Assembly: GCA_963727805.1 (NCBI GenBank)
Contig: CAVSHF010000005.1
Location: 192,001-256,000, forward strand
Reading direction: 5' to 3'
From: an uncultured Nitrospiraceae bacterium
GTDB lineage: Bacteria; Nitrospirota; Thermodesulfovibrionia; Thermodesulfovibrionales; Dissulfurispiraceae
Length of the DNA stretch: 64,000 bases
Below the pieces are notes generated by a model. The model was not told the origin of the DNA. It searched no databases and saw only the letters and a program-made list of their open reading frames with translations. The position numbers and the translations under genes were made by a program. Below are positions 41,932 to 53,272 of the stretch, piece by piece. Numbering within the stretch: the stretch's first letter is position 1; each line of letters starts with the position of its first letter.

Positions 41932-42918
41932 ATGAGATTTTTCACCTATAGTTTTGTCGCGCTTATGCTCTCTCTCTCTTTGTTTGGTACTATGTTGTCT
42001 GGGTGCGCCGGGCCTGAATATAGAAGCATTCCTACCCTTTCTCACGATGATATAGTTACCTCCGTCGCTTTTTCCCCAGACGGCACAACAGCAATATCAG
42101 GAAGTTGGGACGGGACTATCAAGCTCTGGGCAATAGCCGATGGCAGGATGCTTATGATCTTCAGAGGTCATGCAGACCGTGTTACCTCTGTTGCTTTTTC
42201 CCCCGACGGCAGCTCAGTGCTTTCAGGAAGCTGGGACAAAACTATGATCTTGTGGAATTTGACGACCGGACGGCCATCCATAACCTTCACCGGCCACACA
42301 GCCGCCATTACTGCCGTCACTTTTTCTCCTGACGGTAAAAAAATACTCTCAGGGAGCACGGACAAGTCTGCTAAATTGTGGGACGCTAAGTCAGGCACCG
42401 AAATCAGGTCGTTCGCAGGCCATCTCGATGTTGTCACTTCTGTGGATATCTCTGCCGACGGGAAATTTCTGCTCACCGGCAGTTCCGATACAACCATGAG
42501 ACTCTGGGACGCCGAAACAGGGACTGAATTAAAGATATTCGATGGCCATTTCAGTGTCGTCAGTGCGGTTCTTTTTTCAAGAGACATAAAATGTGCCTTT
42601 TCGGGAAGCTGGGATCATACCATCGGCATTTGGGATCTATCTTCGGGCAGGCTGATAAGAAGATTGATAGGGCATGAATACTGGGTCACCTCTCTTGCGT
42701 TATCACGCGATGGCCGATATCTACTCTCTGGTGGAGGCAAGGACCTGACTATCAGACTTTGGGATATCGCTACAGGCGAGACACTTCAAATGTTCAAGGG
42801 GCACTCGAACTATATCACTTCAGTTGCCTATTCCCCGGATGGTCGCTACGTAATTTCGGGCAGTTGGGACCAATCTGTAAAAGTCTGGGATATCAATAGC
42901 GGAAAAGAAGTATTCTAA
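41932..42918 (+). CDS. WD40-repeat lipoprotein
   Basis: GGAGG SD; lipobox LSGC; seven H...V.SVAFSPDG...SGS.D.T...W repeats. Confidence 0.9.
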   Translation: MRFFTYSFVALMLSLSLFGTMLSGCAGPEYRSIPTLSHDDIVTSVAFSPDGTTAISGSWDGTIKLWAIADGRMLMIFRGHADRVTSVAFSPDGSSVLSGSWDKTMILWNLTTGRPSITFTGHTAAITAVTFSPDGKKILSGSTDKSAKLWDAKSGTEIRSFAGHLDVVTSVDISADGKFLLTGSSDTTMRLWDAETGTELKIFDGHFSVVSAVLFSRDIKCAFSGSWDHTIGIWDLSSGRLIRRLIGHEYWVTSLALSRDGRYLLSGGGKDLTIRLWDIATGETLQMFKGHSNYITSVAYSPDGRYVISGSWDQSVKVWDINSGKEVF

Positions 42919-43208
42919 TAAAATAAGTCACTAGGGAGCAGTCGGATGCCCACTTTAAAAAAATCTTTCCCATAGGACATGCAATACTGGACGGTTCCTA
43001 ACATGGGCGGTACTGCCAGCTCAATAATCGCTCCCTGAATGAACCTGTGCTTGGATATGATGCTTACGCCACCAATGGACAGATCACCAATTAGGCCGAT
43101 ATGACTTTGCCCCCCGGTAGCGAATCTGATCTTCTTGCATATCGGCAAACGCTTGTGCGCTCTTTTTTCATCTATAAGACCGATCTCATTATTCATAGAG
43201 TTGAGCAC
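42915..43208 (-). CDS. PilZ-domain protein
   Basis: RAHKR (RxxxR), DLSIGG, VGIRL; start may be ATG 43196. Confidence 0.75.
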   Translation of the reverse strand: MLNSMNNEIGLIDEKRAHKRLPICKKIRFATGGQSHIGLIGDLSIGGVSIISKHRFIQGAIIELAVPPMLGTVQYCMSYGKDFFKVGIRLLPSDLFY

Positions 43209-43407
43209 TCATTCAATATATACTTCAATAATATCATAATACTGCTTCATGTCAATAATCACAGACCAAAGAGATAGAAATTATCGGGAGAAGTGAAAAG
43301 CTGTTATGACGGTATGCTCATAAATGCTGGACTGCTGGTCACAAACGAAATACCATCAGAATAAGTTGCAGGTTTCATCGCAATGCGCGTATTTCTGATG
43401 AAGATCT

Positions 43408-44262
43408 TCAGGCAAGGCCTATTCTTCCCTCTTTTATCGCACTAGCAACCTTCGCCACTCTTGCGACCTCTTTCACATCATGTACCCTTACAATATTTGC
43501 GCCGTTGAAGATCGCTATTGCTACGGCAGCGGCAGTGCCTTCTAATCGATCTTCGGGGGAGGCACCGTCCAGGATTTTACCAATAAAAGCTTTTCTTGAA
43601 ACTCCCAAGGCAATGGGTTTCTGAAGCAGTGTGAATTCTTCGAGATGCTTAATTATCTGCAGGTTATGATTGAAGGTCTTGCCGAATCCAATCCCCGGAT
43701 CGATTATTATCCTGTGTCCCTCAATCCCCGCATCAGTGGCAATGCCGATACTTACCCTCAAGTAATCCATAATCTCGGGGATGAGGGCTTCATAGTGGGG
43801 ATTGCTCTGCATATCTCTGGGCGTACCTTTTATGTGCATAATAATGACAGGAACGCCATGCGAGGCAACGACTTCTGCCATGCAGTGGTCGAACCTCAGT
43901 CCGCTGATGTCATTAACTATTGACGCGCCGGCGTCGAGTGCCCTTTTGGCAACCTCTGATTTATAGGTATCTATAGAAATCGGTACCCTTATTTTCGACA
44001 CAAGAGCTTCAATGACAGGAATGGTACGCTTCAGTTCCTCATCGAGGGAAACAGCTTTGGACCCCGGCCTCGTTGATTCTCCCCCTATGTCGATGATTCC
44101 AGCCCCGTCTTCGACAAGTCTGAAGGCATGATCGACAGCCCTGCCCGTATCGAAGTGAAGTCCCCCATCGGAGAATGAATCAGGGGTTATGTTGAGCACT
44201 CCCATGATGCACGTCTTTTCTGAAAAATCAATAGTATGGCCGGACCATATAAGCTTCATCAA
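43408..44262 (-). CDS. folP: Dihydropteroate synthase
   Basis: MGVLNITPDSFSDGG, GGESTRPG, DPGIGFGK, SRKAF, RVHDV; ATG 44259 is an alternative start. Confidence 0.97.
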   Translation of the reverse strand: MMKLIWSGHTIDFSEKTCIMGVLNITPDSFSDGGLHFDTGRAVDHAFRLVEDGAGIIDIGGESTRPGSKAVSLDEELKRTIPVIEALVSKIRVPISIDTYKSEVAKRALDAGASIVNDISGLRFDHCMAEVVASHGVPVIIMHIKGTPRDMQSNPHYEALIPEIMDYLRVSIGIATDAGIEGHRIIIDPGIGFGKTFNHNLQIIKHLEEFTLLQKPIALGVSRKAFIGKILDGASPEDRLEGTAAAVAIAIFNGANIVRVHDVKEVARVAKVASAIKEGRIGLA

Positions 44263-44361
44263 ATCACCAGGTAGGCTTTCTTCCCGCAGGTATTATGAAT
44301 GAAATCGTGCTTGCTTTGCGGGGCTTACTTCGGATAAAAAACGGTATGACAACAAGAGCCG

Positions 44362-46176
44362 TTATATCTTAACAGCCCTTACATCTTCGACAATCTTATC
44401 AAGCTCGGAACCATCTATAGTTTCACGTTCAAGGAGTGCATTGGCGACTATCTCAAGCAGATCAACGTTCTTCCGCAGCAGGGTCCGCGCATTGTCATAT
44501 GCTTCAATGACCATCCGCTTGACCTCTTCGTCTATATCTTCTGCAGTCTTTTCGCTGTAATCCTTGTGCCTCGCGATCTCACGGCCCAGGAATATCTGTT
44601 CCTCTTTTTTGCCGAAGGTAAGAGGGCCGAGTTTTTCGCTCATTCCCCACTCAGTCACCATCTTTCGTGCGAGATCAGTCGCCCTTTCGAGATCGTTACC
44701 CGCTCCTGTAGTCATATGGCTGAGAGCAATTTCTTCAGCTGCTCTCCCGCCGAGAAGCACATTAAGTGCCTTCAACAGGTAATCCTTGGAGTAGGTATAA
44801 CGGTCGTCGAGGGGAAGCTGCTGTGTCACCCCGAGCGCTCTTCCCCTTGGAATAATGCTCACTTTGTGGATTGGGTCGGTGCCAGGTGTCAGCTTGGCTA
44901 TCAAAGCATGACCTGCCTCATGATAGGCCGTATTCTTCTTCTCTTCATCGCTCAGCACCATGCTCCTGCGCTCAACTCCCATAAGCACCTTGTCTTTGGC
45001 GAATTCGAAGTCCACCATATCGACTTTATCTTTTGACCTTCTTGCTGCAATAAGTGCGGCCTCGTTAATGAGATTTGCCAGGTCAGCCCCTGAAAATCCA
45101 GGTGTCCCCCGTGCGATCTTTTCGAGTTCCACGTCAACTGCAATAGGAATGTTTTTCGAATGAACTTTGAGTATCTCGATCCGTCCCTTTACGTCAGGTA
45201 CCGGGACAACGATCTGGCGGTCAAACCGTCCCGGTCTAAGAAGCGCAGGGTCAAGGACGTCAGGCCTGTTTGTTGCAGCGATAATTATAATGCCCTCCTT
45301 GCCTTCAAAGCCATCCATTTCGACAAGTAGCTGGTTCAGTGTCTGTTCCCTTTCATCATGCCCTCCTCCGAGGCCCGCTCCCCTGTGCCTTCCAACAGCG
45401 TCGATCTCGTCGATGAAGATAATACAGGGCGCACTTTTCTTTGCCTGTTCAAAAAGGTCTCTCACCCTTGATGCCCCGACGCCCACGAACATCTCGACAA
45501 AATCAGATCCTGATATCGAAAAGAAGGGCACCGCAGCTTCTCCGGCGATCGCTTTTGCTAAGAGAGTTTTACCGGAACCCGGAGAGCCCACGAGGAGGAC
45601 ACCTCTAGGGATCTTTCCTCCTAACCTTGAAAATTTTTGAGGGTCCCTGAGAAACTCAATAATCTCTTGCACTTCGTTCTTCGCTTCCTCAATTCCTGCA
45701 ACGTCCGCGAACGTTACTTTCACGGATTTTTCTGAAACAAGTTTCGCCTTAGCCTTGCCGAAGGACATCGCCTTATTGCCACCCATCTGCATCTGCCGCA
45801 TGAAGAATACCCATATCAGTATTATGAAAATAATGGGCCCCCAAGATAGGAAAAGAGTTATATACCACGGGCTCTGGTCAGGCGGCTTCGCAATAATCCT
45901 GATGTTCTTGTCCTTAAGCTCCTTCACCATGTCTGGATAAAAGGCAGAATATGTTCTAAATTTGGACCCGTCCTTCAAACGGCCCGTGATATTATTTTCT
46001 TTTATAGTGACCTCTTCGACTTCTCCGGTATCAACCTTTTTAATGAAATCAGAGAATATCAATTCCTTGTCGGCCTTCTGCGGTACGTTGAAAAGATTGA
46101 AGAGCAGCAACATCGATATACCGATGAGCAGCCAGATAAGCAGGCTCTTATACATTGAAGCTTTCCCTTGCATCAT
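44362..46176 (-). CDS. ftsH: ATP-dependent zinc metalloprotease FtsH
   Basis: Two TM segments, [26 protein letters not shown]. Confidence 0.98.
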   Translation of the reverse strand: MMQGKASMYKSLLIWLLIGISMLLLFNLFNVPQKADKELIFSDFIKKVDTGEVEEVTIKENNITGRLKDGSKFRTYSAFYPDMVKELKDKNIRIIAKPPDQSPWYITLFLSWGPIIFIILIWVFFMRQMQMGGNKAMSFGKAKAKLVSEKSVKVTFADVAGIEEAKNEVQEIIEFLRDPQKFSRLGGKIPRGVLLVGSPGSGKTLLAKAIAGEAAVPFFSISGSDFVEMFVGVGASRVRDLFEQAKKSAPCIIFIDEIDAVGRHRGAGLGGGHDEREQTLNQLLVEMDGFEGKEGIIIIAATNRPDVLDPALLRPGRFDRQIVVPVPDVKGRIEILKVHSKNIPIAVDVELEKIARGTPGFSGADLANLINEAALIAARRSKDKVDMVDFEFAKDKVLMGVERRSMVLSDEEKKNTAYHEAGHALIAKLTPGTDPIHKVSIIPRGRALGVTQQLPLDDRYTYSKDYLLKALNVLLGGRAAEEIALSHMTTGAGNDLERATDLARKMVTEWGMSEKLGPLTFGKKEEQIFLGREIARHKDYSEKTAEDIDEEVKRMVIEAYDNARTLLRKNVDLLEIVANALLERETIDGSELDKIVEDVRAVKI

Positions 46177-46177
46177 T

Positions 46178-46909
46178 TTAATATTCTAACATATTCGAAA
46201 GGAATATCTCAGTCTGAATTTTTATAAGTTCGCCGATACCCTTTTCGGCGAGACTGAGCAGCTCGTCGAGCATCGCCCTTGAAAAAGGGGCCGATTCTGC
46301 GGTCCCCTGAATCTCGACGATCTTGCCGCCTCCCGTCATGACGACATTCATGTCCACGTCGGCAGCGCTGTCCTCAGCGTAGCAAATATCAAGAAGAGGC
46401 TCGCCGTGCACAATGCCCACGCTTACAGCAGCGAGACTATCGGTAAGAGGGTTTTTCGTGATAATACCTCTTTCCATCGCGACGCGGATAGCGTCATTAA
46501 GGGCTATATACGCGCCAGTGATAGACGCCGTTCGGGTGCCCCCGTCGGCCTGAATGACGTCACAATCAAGCCATATAGTGCGTTCACCCAGCAACTCTGG
46601 GTTTATTACCGCCCGTAATGCCCTTCCGATGAGCCTCTTGATCTCCATAGTCCTGCCGCCCGTCTTGCCGATGGTAGACTCGCGAGCAGTGCGCACTCCC
46701 GTGGCGCGAGGGATCATGCCGTATTCAGCAGTTATCCAGCCTTTTTTCTTTTCCCTGAGAAACGGAGGTACCCTTTCCTCAATTGTGGCGGTGCATATGA
46801 CCTTCGTATCGCCCATCTCTATCAGGACTGATCCTTCCGCCGGTTTGATATAATTCCGCTTGATCTTCACCTTGCGCAGCTCATCTTGTTCCCTGCCATC
46901 AGTCCTCAT
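46178..46909 (-). CDS. rph: Ribonuclease PH
   Basis: [48 protein letters not shown]. Confidence 0.97.
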   Translation of the reverse strand: MRTDGREQDELRKVKIKRNYIKPAEGSVLIEMGDTKVICTATIEERVPPFLREKKKGWITAEYGMIPRATGVRTARESTIGKTGGRTMEIKRLIGRALRAVINPELLGERTIWLDCDVIQADGGTRTASITGAYIALNDAIRVAMERGIITKNPLTDSLAAVSVGIVHGEPLLDICYAEDSAADVDMNVVMTGGGKIVEIQGTAESAPFSRAMLDELLSLAEKGIGELIKIQTEIFLSNMLEY

Positions 46910-46933
46910 TTATCCTCCGATGAAGCAATTATC

Positions 46934-47731
46934 TTACAATTGTATCCTTTTTATTTCCCTAATTCCCTGCCCAAGAAAACGCTCGCCGACAGCGACGAAT
47001 TTTTCGGTCGAATCGGTGACAAAAAATCTGTGTGCTCCTTGAGTTTCTGAGGTGTTGAGAAGGGGGCCTTCACCAAGTACCTCCTTAAGTGCTTTCCCCG
47101 TTTCAACAGCAGAATCGATTATCGAACTACCGTCAAGCACTTCACGGATCACCTTTTTCAGAAGGGGATAGTGCGTGCATCCTAAAACGATAGTGTCGAT
47201 CCCTTTGTCTTTCAGGGAAACGAGATATTTTTCAGCCACCAGCCGAGCGATGTCGCCGTCGGTCCAGCCTTCTTCCACAAGGGGGACAAACAGAGGACAG
47301 GCCAAGCCGAAGAATTCGATAGAGTCATCCAAATCCCTTATGGCCCTGAAATAAGCGCCGCTTTTAATAGTTGCCTCCGTACCGATGACACCAATCCTTT
47401 TGTTTTTCGTTGCCGCCACCGCAGCCTTTGCCCCTGGCTCGATAACGCCGATCACAGGGATTGTGACTCGGTCCCTGATCTCCGGCAGGCTGATGGCCGA
47501 TACTGTATTGCAGGCGACAACCAGGACCTTTATCTGTTTGCTCATGAGAAAGTCGGTACACTCGAAGGAATAGCGAGCGACTGTCTCGGCTGATCTTATG
47601 CCATACGGAACCCTCGCTGTGTCGCCAAGATAGAGGATGTTCTCAAAACGGAGCATCGCGCTCACCTCTTTGAAGACAGTCAGTCCTCCAATACCTGAAT
47701 CAAAAATTCCTATGGGATGGCTGTTTGACAT
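46934..47731 (-). CDS. murI: Glutamate racemase
   Basis: DSGIGG, DTARVPYG, VACNT, LGCTHYP. Confidence 0.97.
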   Translation of the reverse strand: MSNSHPIGIFDSGIGGLTVFKEVSAMLRFENILYLGDTARVPYGIRSAETVARYSFECTDFLMSKQIKVLVVACNTVSAISLPEIRDRVTIPVIGVIEPGAKAAVAATKNKRIGVIGTEATIKSGAYFRAIRDLDDSIEFFGLACPLFVPLVEEGWTDGDIARLVAEKYLVSLKDKGIDTIVLGCTHYPLLKKVIREVLDGSSIIDSAVETGKALKEVLGEGPLLNTSETQGAHRFFVTDSTEKFVAVGERFLGQGIREIKRIQL

Positions 47732-47738
47732 TGCCGAA

Positions 47739-48323
47739 TCAAAACCAGACGGACTCCTTCAAAGGTATCAGCGTCTGCATATGCCCGCCGACACTCTCGA
47801 TCTCCCGTCCTTCCACGAGTAGCTTTATGTCGCTAATCCCCGAGATGTTGGTAACAAGCGTCTGGTAGAGAGATTTAAGGAGATAATATTCAGACCGGGC
47901 GTCGCCCGAAAAGTTCCTCCGAAATTCATCCGAGAGATCGACGTACAGAACCTTGTTACGGTCTTCATAGACCCCGCGCACCACTGTATTTTTCAAGTCG
48001 GATTTGAAGCCCCTGAAATATTCCTGGAGTATCGTTTCGGCCAGTTTCACCGGTAGCGAGCTACCCGTAATCGTCCTGTCCTCTTTTGTTAAACCAGCAT
48101 CTCCGGGATAGAAAAGAGTCACCGGCACCTTTATCTCGGACGATGGAATCATTGCGAAATCCTGCTTGCTTTGGCGCGCAGAATCTTCTATAAGCGGTTT
48201 TTCGTTTGAGAAATAATATCTCGAACTCAGCCATCCCGCAAGCGCGGCCATCAGAAGGACCGCTGCAACGATAGCTATCTTTTTTCTCCCGGACATCTTA
48301 TTGCTCGACTTCGTATCTCTCAT
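47739..48323 (-). CDS. GerMN-domain membrane-anchored protein
   Basis: N-terminal TM; LYVDLS, SLYQTL, LLVEGREIESVGGH; amidase-GerMN-murI-rph order. Confidence 0.85.
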   Translation of the reverse strand: MRDTKSSNKMSGRKKIAIVAAVLLMAALAGWLSSRYYFSNEKPLIEDSARQSKQDFAMIPSSEIKVPVTLFYPGDAGLTKEDRTITGSSLPVKLAETILQEYFRGFKSDLKNTVVRGVYEDRNKVLYVDLSDEFRRNFSGDARSEYYLLKSLYQTLVTNISGISDIKLLVEGREIESVGGHMQTLIPLKESVWF

Positions 48324-48326
48324 GGC

Positions 48327-49481
48327 CTATTCAGGCTTGCTCGCGGTTTTTTTCTCATTCTTATTCTCAGGCCTATTATCGGGCTTAGAGAAAGGCGCAG
48401 GCAGCTTCTCCTCCTTTGTCCCGGCGGCAAGCCCTCTTATAATTGCTGACAAGAGCCGTTCCTTGTTTTTTTTCTCATAGCTGAATTGTTCGGGATTCGG
48501 CAATTCGATAAGAATAGCCGGGGCCTTGCTTCTCATCAAGAGAGCTAGGGGGAGTGTTTCCCTCGCTACGGCTATCGAGAATTCTTTTTCGATGTTTTTG
48601 GCAATTGCGTCGGCAACCCCTCTAGCCATCTCAGTCTTCTTCTGATCGTTGGTCTTTTCTTCCATAGGTCCGGCGCTTCCATCCGCCCTTTCCGGAATGG
48701 GCGGAATCGTGTATATCGTTGGCACTTTGGTCGAAGAAATATGCAAACTGATGAGAATGTCGGGGGGCTTTTTATTGACCAGATTAATCCTTTCGGATAT
48801 AGAAATGACCTGATCGATCTTCCGAGTAAGGATTACCTCCTTGCCGCTTTTTGTGAGTATGCCTGACAATTCTCGCGCAAAGGCTAGAACAAAATCCTTT
48901 TCCACGAAATGGGGAGTCCTAATACCGTAATCGTACCCACCATGACCGGCATCGATCACAAGATATCTAAAAGCTATTTGCTCAACCACAGGCTTAATTA
49001 CCGGAACTGATGAGGCGGTATCCTTTGGCGCTGCGGTAAAATAAGCGTCTATAACGATCCTCGATGGGGCCTGGAGCCTCAACACCTTGATAGTCTCAAC
49101 GCCCGGGACGGTGATGATACATGAGTCACCCTTCACGGCGAGACTAACCGACTTAATGATCTCAATCGGAATGTCACTGATATCCACACCTTTTTCGGTT
49201 TCAAAAGAGAGGACCTGTTTTTCCTTACTAGCCGTCGTAGCCGCCTCCACCGACCGAAAATCGATTTTGACGGTCTTATTTTTTGTAAGTATTACTGACG
49301 CGTTCCTTAGCACGAAGTCATCACTTGTAAAAACGACCCTGATATACTCCGGATACTTAGCGGCACGCACTTTGATAACCAGAGATGTTTTTTCCTGTGC
49401 ATTAGAAACAGGGGTTCCGAGTGATGCCGAAAAACCAAGAACCAAAAAGCATATCAGCAAGATTAATCTTTTACTCATCAT
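48327..49481 (-). CDS. N-acetylmuramoyl-L-alanine amidase (Amidase_3)
   Basis: Signal peptide; IDAGHGG, EKD, LTR, ISLH, LIE; start is one of the ATGs at 49478-49490. Confidence 0.88.
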   Translation of the reverse strand: MMSKRLILLICFLVLGFSASLGTPVSNAQEKTSLVIKVRAAKYPEYIRVVFTSDDFVLRNASVILTKNKTVKIDFRSVEAATTASKEKQVLSFETEKGVDISDIPIEIIKSVSLAVKGDSCIITVPGVETIKVLRLQAPSRIVIDAYFTAAPKDTASSVPVIKPVVEQIAFRYLVIDAGHGGYDYGIRTPHFVEKDFVLAFARELSGILTKSGKEVILTRKIDQVISISERINLVNKKPPDILISLHISSTKVPTIYTIPPIPERADGSAGPMEEKTNDQKKTEMARGVADAIAKNIEKEFSIAVARETLPLALLMRSKAPAILIELPNPEQFSYEKKNKERLLSAIIRGLAAGTKEEKLPAPFSKPDNRPENKNEKKTASKPE

Positions 49482-49680
49482 CATTTCCATTATAGAGCAT
49501 TTGATGTTTAAACTATATATTGAACCACATATATAAGGGCTCAATCAAGGGGGATCGTTCTTCTCCACCGCTGCACTCTCACCACCGAAAAAATAAAGGA
49601 CTTGACCCGTTTCGGCAATTAGGAGAAAATATGATAAGTTATAGCATATTATAAATTCTTTTTTAAAAGAAGGGATCATT

Positions 49681-50079
49681 ATGACATCCAAATATGTTCT
49701 GTTTTCTGTCTCCATTTGCTTTGTGCTTCTGTCGTCATTTGCTGCCGCTTCGAACTGGATACTATTTGCCGCCCAGCAGCGGGATGGTTCAAGTTGGTAT
49801 TACGACAAAGAAACCTTGGATTCTTCCAGCGGACTAAAGATTATCGGGCTGAAAATGCCTGTAATAAAAGGCAATATCCGAGAGATCTGGATCAAGTCTT
49901 CAGGGGACAAAGGGGAAAGGCTCTATCGGGCTGAACTGAATTGCAAGGAAGGTTTGGCACGACTGCGGGACGATAATGGAAAGACCCTCTATAGCGATGT
50001 CTCACTCAATTATCTCTATGACCGTCCGATACCTCCAGATTCTGTTCTGGATATGCTTCGTGAAGTGGTCTGTCATTAA
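49681..50079 (+). CDS. Secreted hypothetical protein
   Basis: Signal peptide; W...WYYD...IWIK...LNC...IPPDS...VC pattern. Confidence 0.7.
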   Translation: MTSKYVLFSVSICFVLLSSFAAASNWILFAAQQRDGSSWYYDKETLDSSSGLKIIGLKMPVIKGNIREIWIKSSGDKGERLYRAELNCKEGLARLRDDNGKTLYSDVSLNYLYDRPIPPDSVLDMLREVVCH

Positions 50080-50265
50080 GGTATTATTTTTCTCGCGACC
50101 ATTATCACATACGCATTATTCGTATGTCATTTCGGCTTATCCTAGATCTTGCCTGCAGCTTGATTCCCGACATGCCAGATTGTAAGGTGTTACTGGCACT
50201 GACTTTGTCATGATAGCTTCTTAGTTTTTTCTCTATGTTCCTTAATTAAGTACTCAGTAGAGAAC

Positions 50266-50311
50266 TTGACAAATAAACGCCGCATTTTCTATCATTGAGA
50301 CAGAGTCTCAT
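50266..50311 (+). promoter_or_regulatory. feoB promoter with Fur-box-like palindrome
   Basis: TTGACA 50266-50271 and TATCAT 50290-50295, then TGAGAC-AGA-GTCTCA 50296-50310. Confidence 0.65.
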
Positions 50312-50349
50312 TTTCAGTTGTAATATTTAATATATTAGCGGAGGATATC

Positions 50350-52332
50350 CTGAAAACCGTCAAACAAAGACGCGGCACAAAACAACAGAAAGTTGCCCTG
50401 GACAAGATCACCCTTGTCGGGAATCCAAATGTTGGCAAAAGCGTTATATTCGGCCTTCTCACGGGCAAATACGTAACAGTCTCCAACTATCCCGGCACGA
50501 CGGTTGAGATAACAAGCGGCAACATTGCGCTGGATGGCAAACGTGTGCTGCTCATAGACACGCCGGGTGTAAATAGCTTAATCCCCATGAGCGAGGATGA
50601 AAAAGTTACACGCGATATTCTTCTGTCGGAATGCCCTTCAGCGGTAGTCCAAGTCGGCGACGCCAAGAACCTGAAAAGGACATTACTCATTACGCTTCAA
50701 ATTGCGGAGATGGGACTGCCGATGACCCTCGATCTGAATATGATAGATGAAGCAATGGACAAGGGCATCACCATCGACGTCGACGCGCTTAAGAGTCTTC
50801 TCGGAGTTGATATCGTCTCCACTATCGCCCCCCAGAAAAAAGGAATTAAAGACCTCAGGGAAGCAATGCTCTCGCCACGACAAGCGCTGATCAGTCTTAA
50901 TTACGGTCCCCTTATTGAAGAATATATCGGCAAAGTAGCAAGACTTCTACCGCAGACATGTCTGTCAAAGCGCTCTATCGCGGTCATGGTCCTGTCGGAA
51001 GATGACAGCCTGAGAGACTGGCTCCATGCAAATGTGCGTGACAAAGACCTTGCGGAGATAGAGCGCCTCAGGGATGAATGCTTAGTCAAAGCCGTGGAAC
51101 CACCGGCTTATCTTATCAACAAAAAACGCATCGAGACCTCCGAAGACATTTCTCAGAAAGTAATAAAAAAATCAGCGTCGTCAGGCGGCGCACTTCTTAA
51201 TTTTATAGGCAAGATGAGCATGCATCCGGCTTACGGCATTCCAGTGTTACTCCTCGTGCTTTACGGGCTTTATGAATTTGTTGGTGTTCTGGGAGCGGGG
51301 ACTCTCGTCGATTTCGTCCAGAACACCATCTTCGGACAATATATCAATCCTATGGCTACAAAAGTAGTCCAGACTCTGATACCCGTACCACTCATACAGG
51401 AGTTGCTTGTCGGTGAGTACGGTCTTATCACGGTCGCGCTTACATATGCGATCGCCATCATTCTACCCATAACCGTTACCTTCTTTATCGCCTTCGCCAT
51501 CCTTGAGGACAGCGGCTATCTGCCGCGGCTCGCAATCATGAGCAACCGGGTCTTCAATTTAATAGGGCTGAACGGCAAGGCCGTGCTTCCCATGGTGCTC
51601 GGCCTGGGGTGCGGCACGATGGCGGTTATGACATCAAGGATACTCGAAACTAAGCGGGACCGGATTATCACGACCTTTCTGCTTGCCCTTGCAATCCCCT
51701 GCTCTGCACAGCTAGGGGTCATCCTCGGCATCCTTGGTTCGCTATCGTTCATGGCGACTATCGTCTGGACATCAAGCATCCTTATTGTCCTGTTTACTTC
51801 GGGGTTCCTGGCATCGAAACTCGTGTCGGGCGAGAGGACCGAATTCTTTCTCGAAATACCACCGATCCGCACACCCAATATTATGAACATCATCGTGAAA
51901 ACCGTCGGACGAGTCGAGTGGTATCTGAAAGAAGCAGTACCGCTGTTCATCCTCGGGACTCTAATTCTCTTTGTCCTGCACAAGCTCAATCTAATTGTTT
52001 TGCTAGAAAAAGCTGCGGCACCCGTGGTTGTGAATCTGCTCGACTTGCCGCCCAAGACGACGGCTTCGTTTATCCTCGGTTTTCTTAGACGAGATTACGG
52101 TGCGGCAGGTCTGTTCGACATGGCACAGCACGGAGAACTGACCCCGGTCCAGTCGGTGGTGAGTCTCGTGACGATCACCCTCTTCCTTCCATGCTTGGCA
52201 AGCTTTTTCATGATCGTCAAGGAGCGCGGCATCAAAACAACGCTCTGGATCGTCGGGATCGTCTTTCCGGCTGCCTTTCTCTTCGGGGGATTGCTGAACT
52301 GGCTGTTGAGATTCTTCAAGGTGAGCCTATGA
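50350..52332 (+). CDS. feoB: Ferrous iron transporter B (probable CTG start)
   Basis: G1 GNPNVGKS and G2 NYPGTTVE lie upstream of the ORF-track start; DTPG, NMID, EDSGYLPR, LGLGC, IPCSAQ; GGAGGA SD before CTG 50350. Confidence 0.93.
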   Translation: MKTVKQRRGTKQQKVALDKITLVGNPNVGKSVIFGLLTGKYVTVSNYPGTTVEITSGNIALDGKRVLLIDTPGVNSLIPMSEDEKVTRDILLSECPSAVVQVGDAKNLKRTLLITLQIAEMGLPMTLDLNMIDEAMDKGITIDVDALKSLLGVDIVSTIAPQKKGIKDLREAMLSPRQALISLNYGPLIEEYIGKVARLLPQTCLSKRSIAVMVLSEDDSLRDWLHANVRDKDLAEIERLRDECLVKAVEPPAYLINKKRIETSEDISQKVIKKSASSGGALLNFIGKMSMHPAYGIPVLLLVLYGLYEFVGVLGAGTLVDFVQNTIFGQYINPMATKVVQTLIPVPLIQELLVGEYGLITVALTYAIAIILPITVTFFIAFAILEDSGYLPRLAIMSNRVFNLIGLNGKAVLPMVLGLGCGTMAVMTSRILETKRDRIITTFLLALAIPCSAQLGVILGILGSLSFMATIVWTSSILIVLFTSGFLASKLVSGERTEFFLEIPPIRTPNIMNIIVKTVGRVEWYLKEAVPLFILGTLILFVLHKLNLIVLLEKAAAPVVVNLLDLPPKTTASFILGFLRRDYGAAGLFDMAQHGELTPVQSVVSLVTITLFLPCLASFFMIVKERGIKTTLWIVGIVFPAAFLFGGLLNWLLRFFKVSL

Positions 52333-52757
52333 TCGAAAAACAGAAATTCCTTGAATTTATCTCAAATAAGGGTCTTAAACTTACCAGGGAGCGAGACGAG
52401 ATCGCGCGAGAGATACTCCTTACCAGCGGCCATTTTGCGCCCGATGAACTCTTCATACGACTAAAGGCCAAAGGCTCAAAGGTTTCTCGGGCTTCTATCT
52501 ACCGTACCATTCCTCTCCTTGTCGAGAGCGGGATGATTGAAGAGGTCGAAAGAGTCGACAAACACGCCCATTACGAGAGAGTCTCGACGAACTCACACCA
52601 TGACCACATGATCTGCATCAGGTGCGGTCGTGTCATCGAGTTCTACTCGAAGGGCCTTGAAATGATACAGGAACGCATCTGCCGTCAGGAGAACTTCAAG
52701 GACGTACGCCACTCTCTCGAAATTCTGGGCATCTGCAAGAATTGCGATGGTCAATAA
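52329..52757 (+). CDS. fur: Fur-family transcriptional regulator
   Basis: GLKLT.ER, SRASIYRT, HHDHMICIRCG, GICKNC; ATGA overlap with feoB. Confidence 0.9.
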   Translation: MIEKQKFLEFISNKGLKLTRERDEIAREILLTSGHFAPDELFIRLKAKGSKVSRASIYRTIPLLVESGMIEEVERVDKHAHYERVSTNSHHDHMICIRCGRVIEFYSKGLEMIQERICRQENFKDVRHSLEILGICKNCDGQ

Positions 52758-53272
52758 TCCCACGCTTTCTTTAAGAATCGGTAATGACCTGCATTGAACC
52801 GATAACTTTATACCCGACCGCGTTCTTTTTGTAGCAATGCTGATGGTACTCCTCTGCTTTATAAAAAACATCGAACGGACGAATTTCGGCGACAATCGGT
52901 TGCTTGAACCTACCTAATTTAGCGATGCTCTCCGTCGATTTCTCCGCAAACCGTTTCTGTTCTTCGGAACGATATAGAATATTGAATGATACTGCGTACC
53001 CCTGTCAACGAGCTGGCCGTTGCGCTCGGCGGGATCAATCTGCCGCCAGAGACATCGAGGATATTATTCATAGCTCACTTTCGACGGATCAAAAGTCACT
53101 AAATAAACCAGCATGGCCTGTAGGACTCAATGCAACCCGCTTGTATGTCAGATTCTGTTTATTTCCGTACGCATATCCGACAATCACGTCGATGGGACCA
53201 TCAAGTTTTTCAAAGGGTGGTTCCCTGCACCCTAAGGACCCGCTAGCAATAGTGACACTCCCACGCGGCAAG

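Noticed and set aside
42040..42900. Periodic DNA similarity that might suggest a repeat array or CRISPR
   Set aside because: Explained by WD40 protein repeats; I saw no repeat-spacer array anywhere in the window
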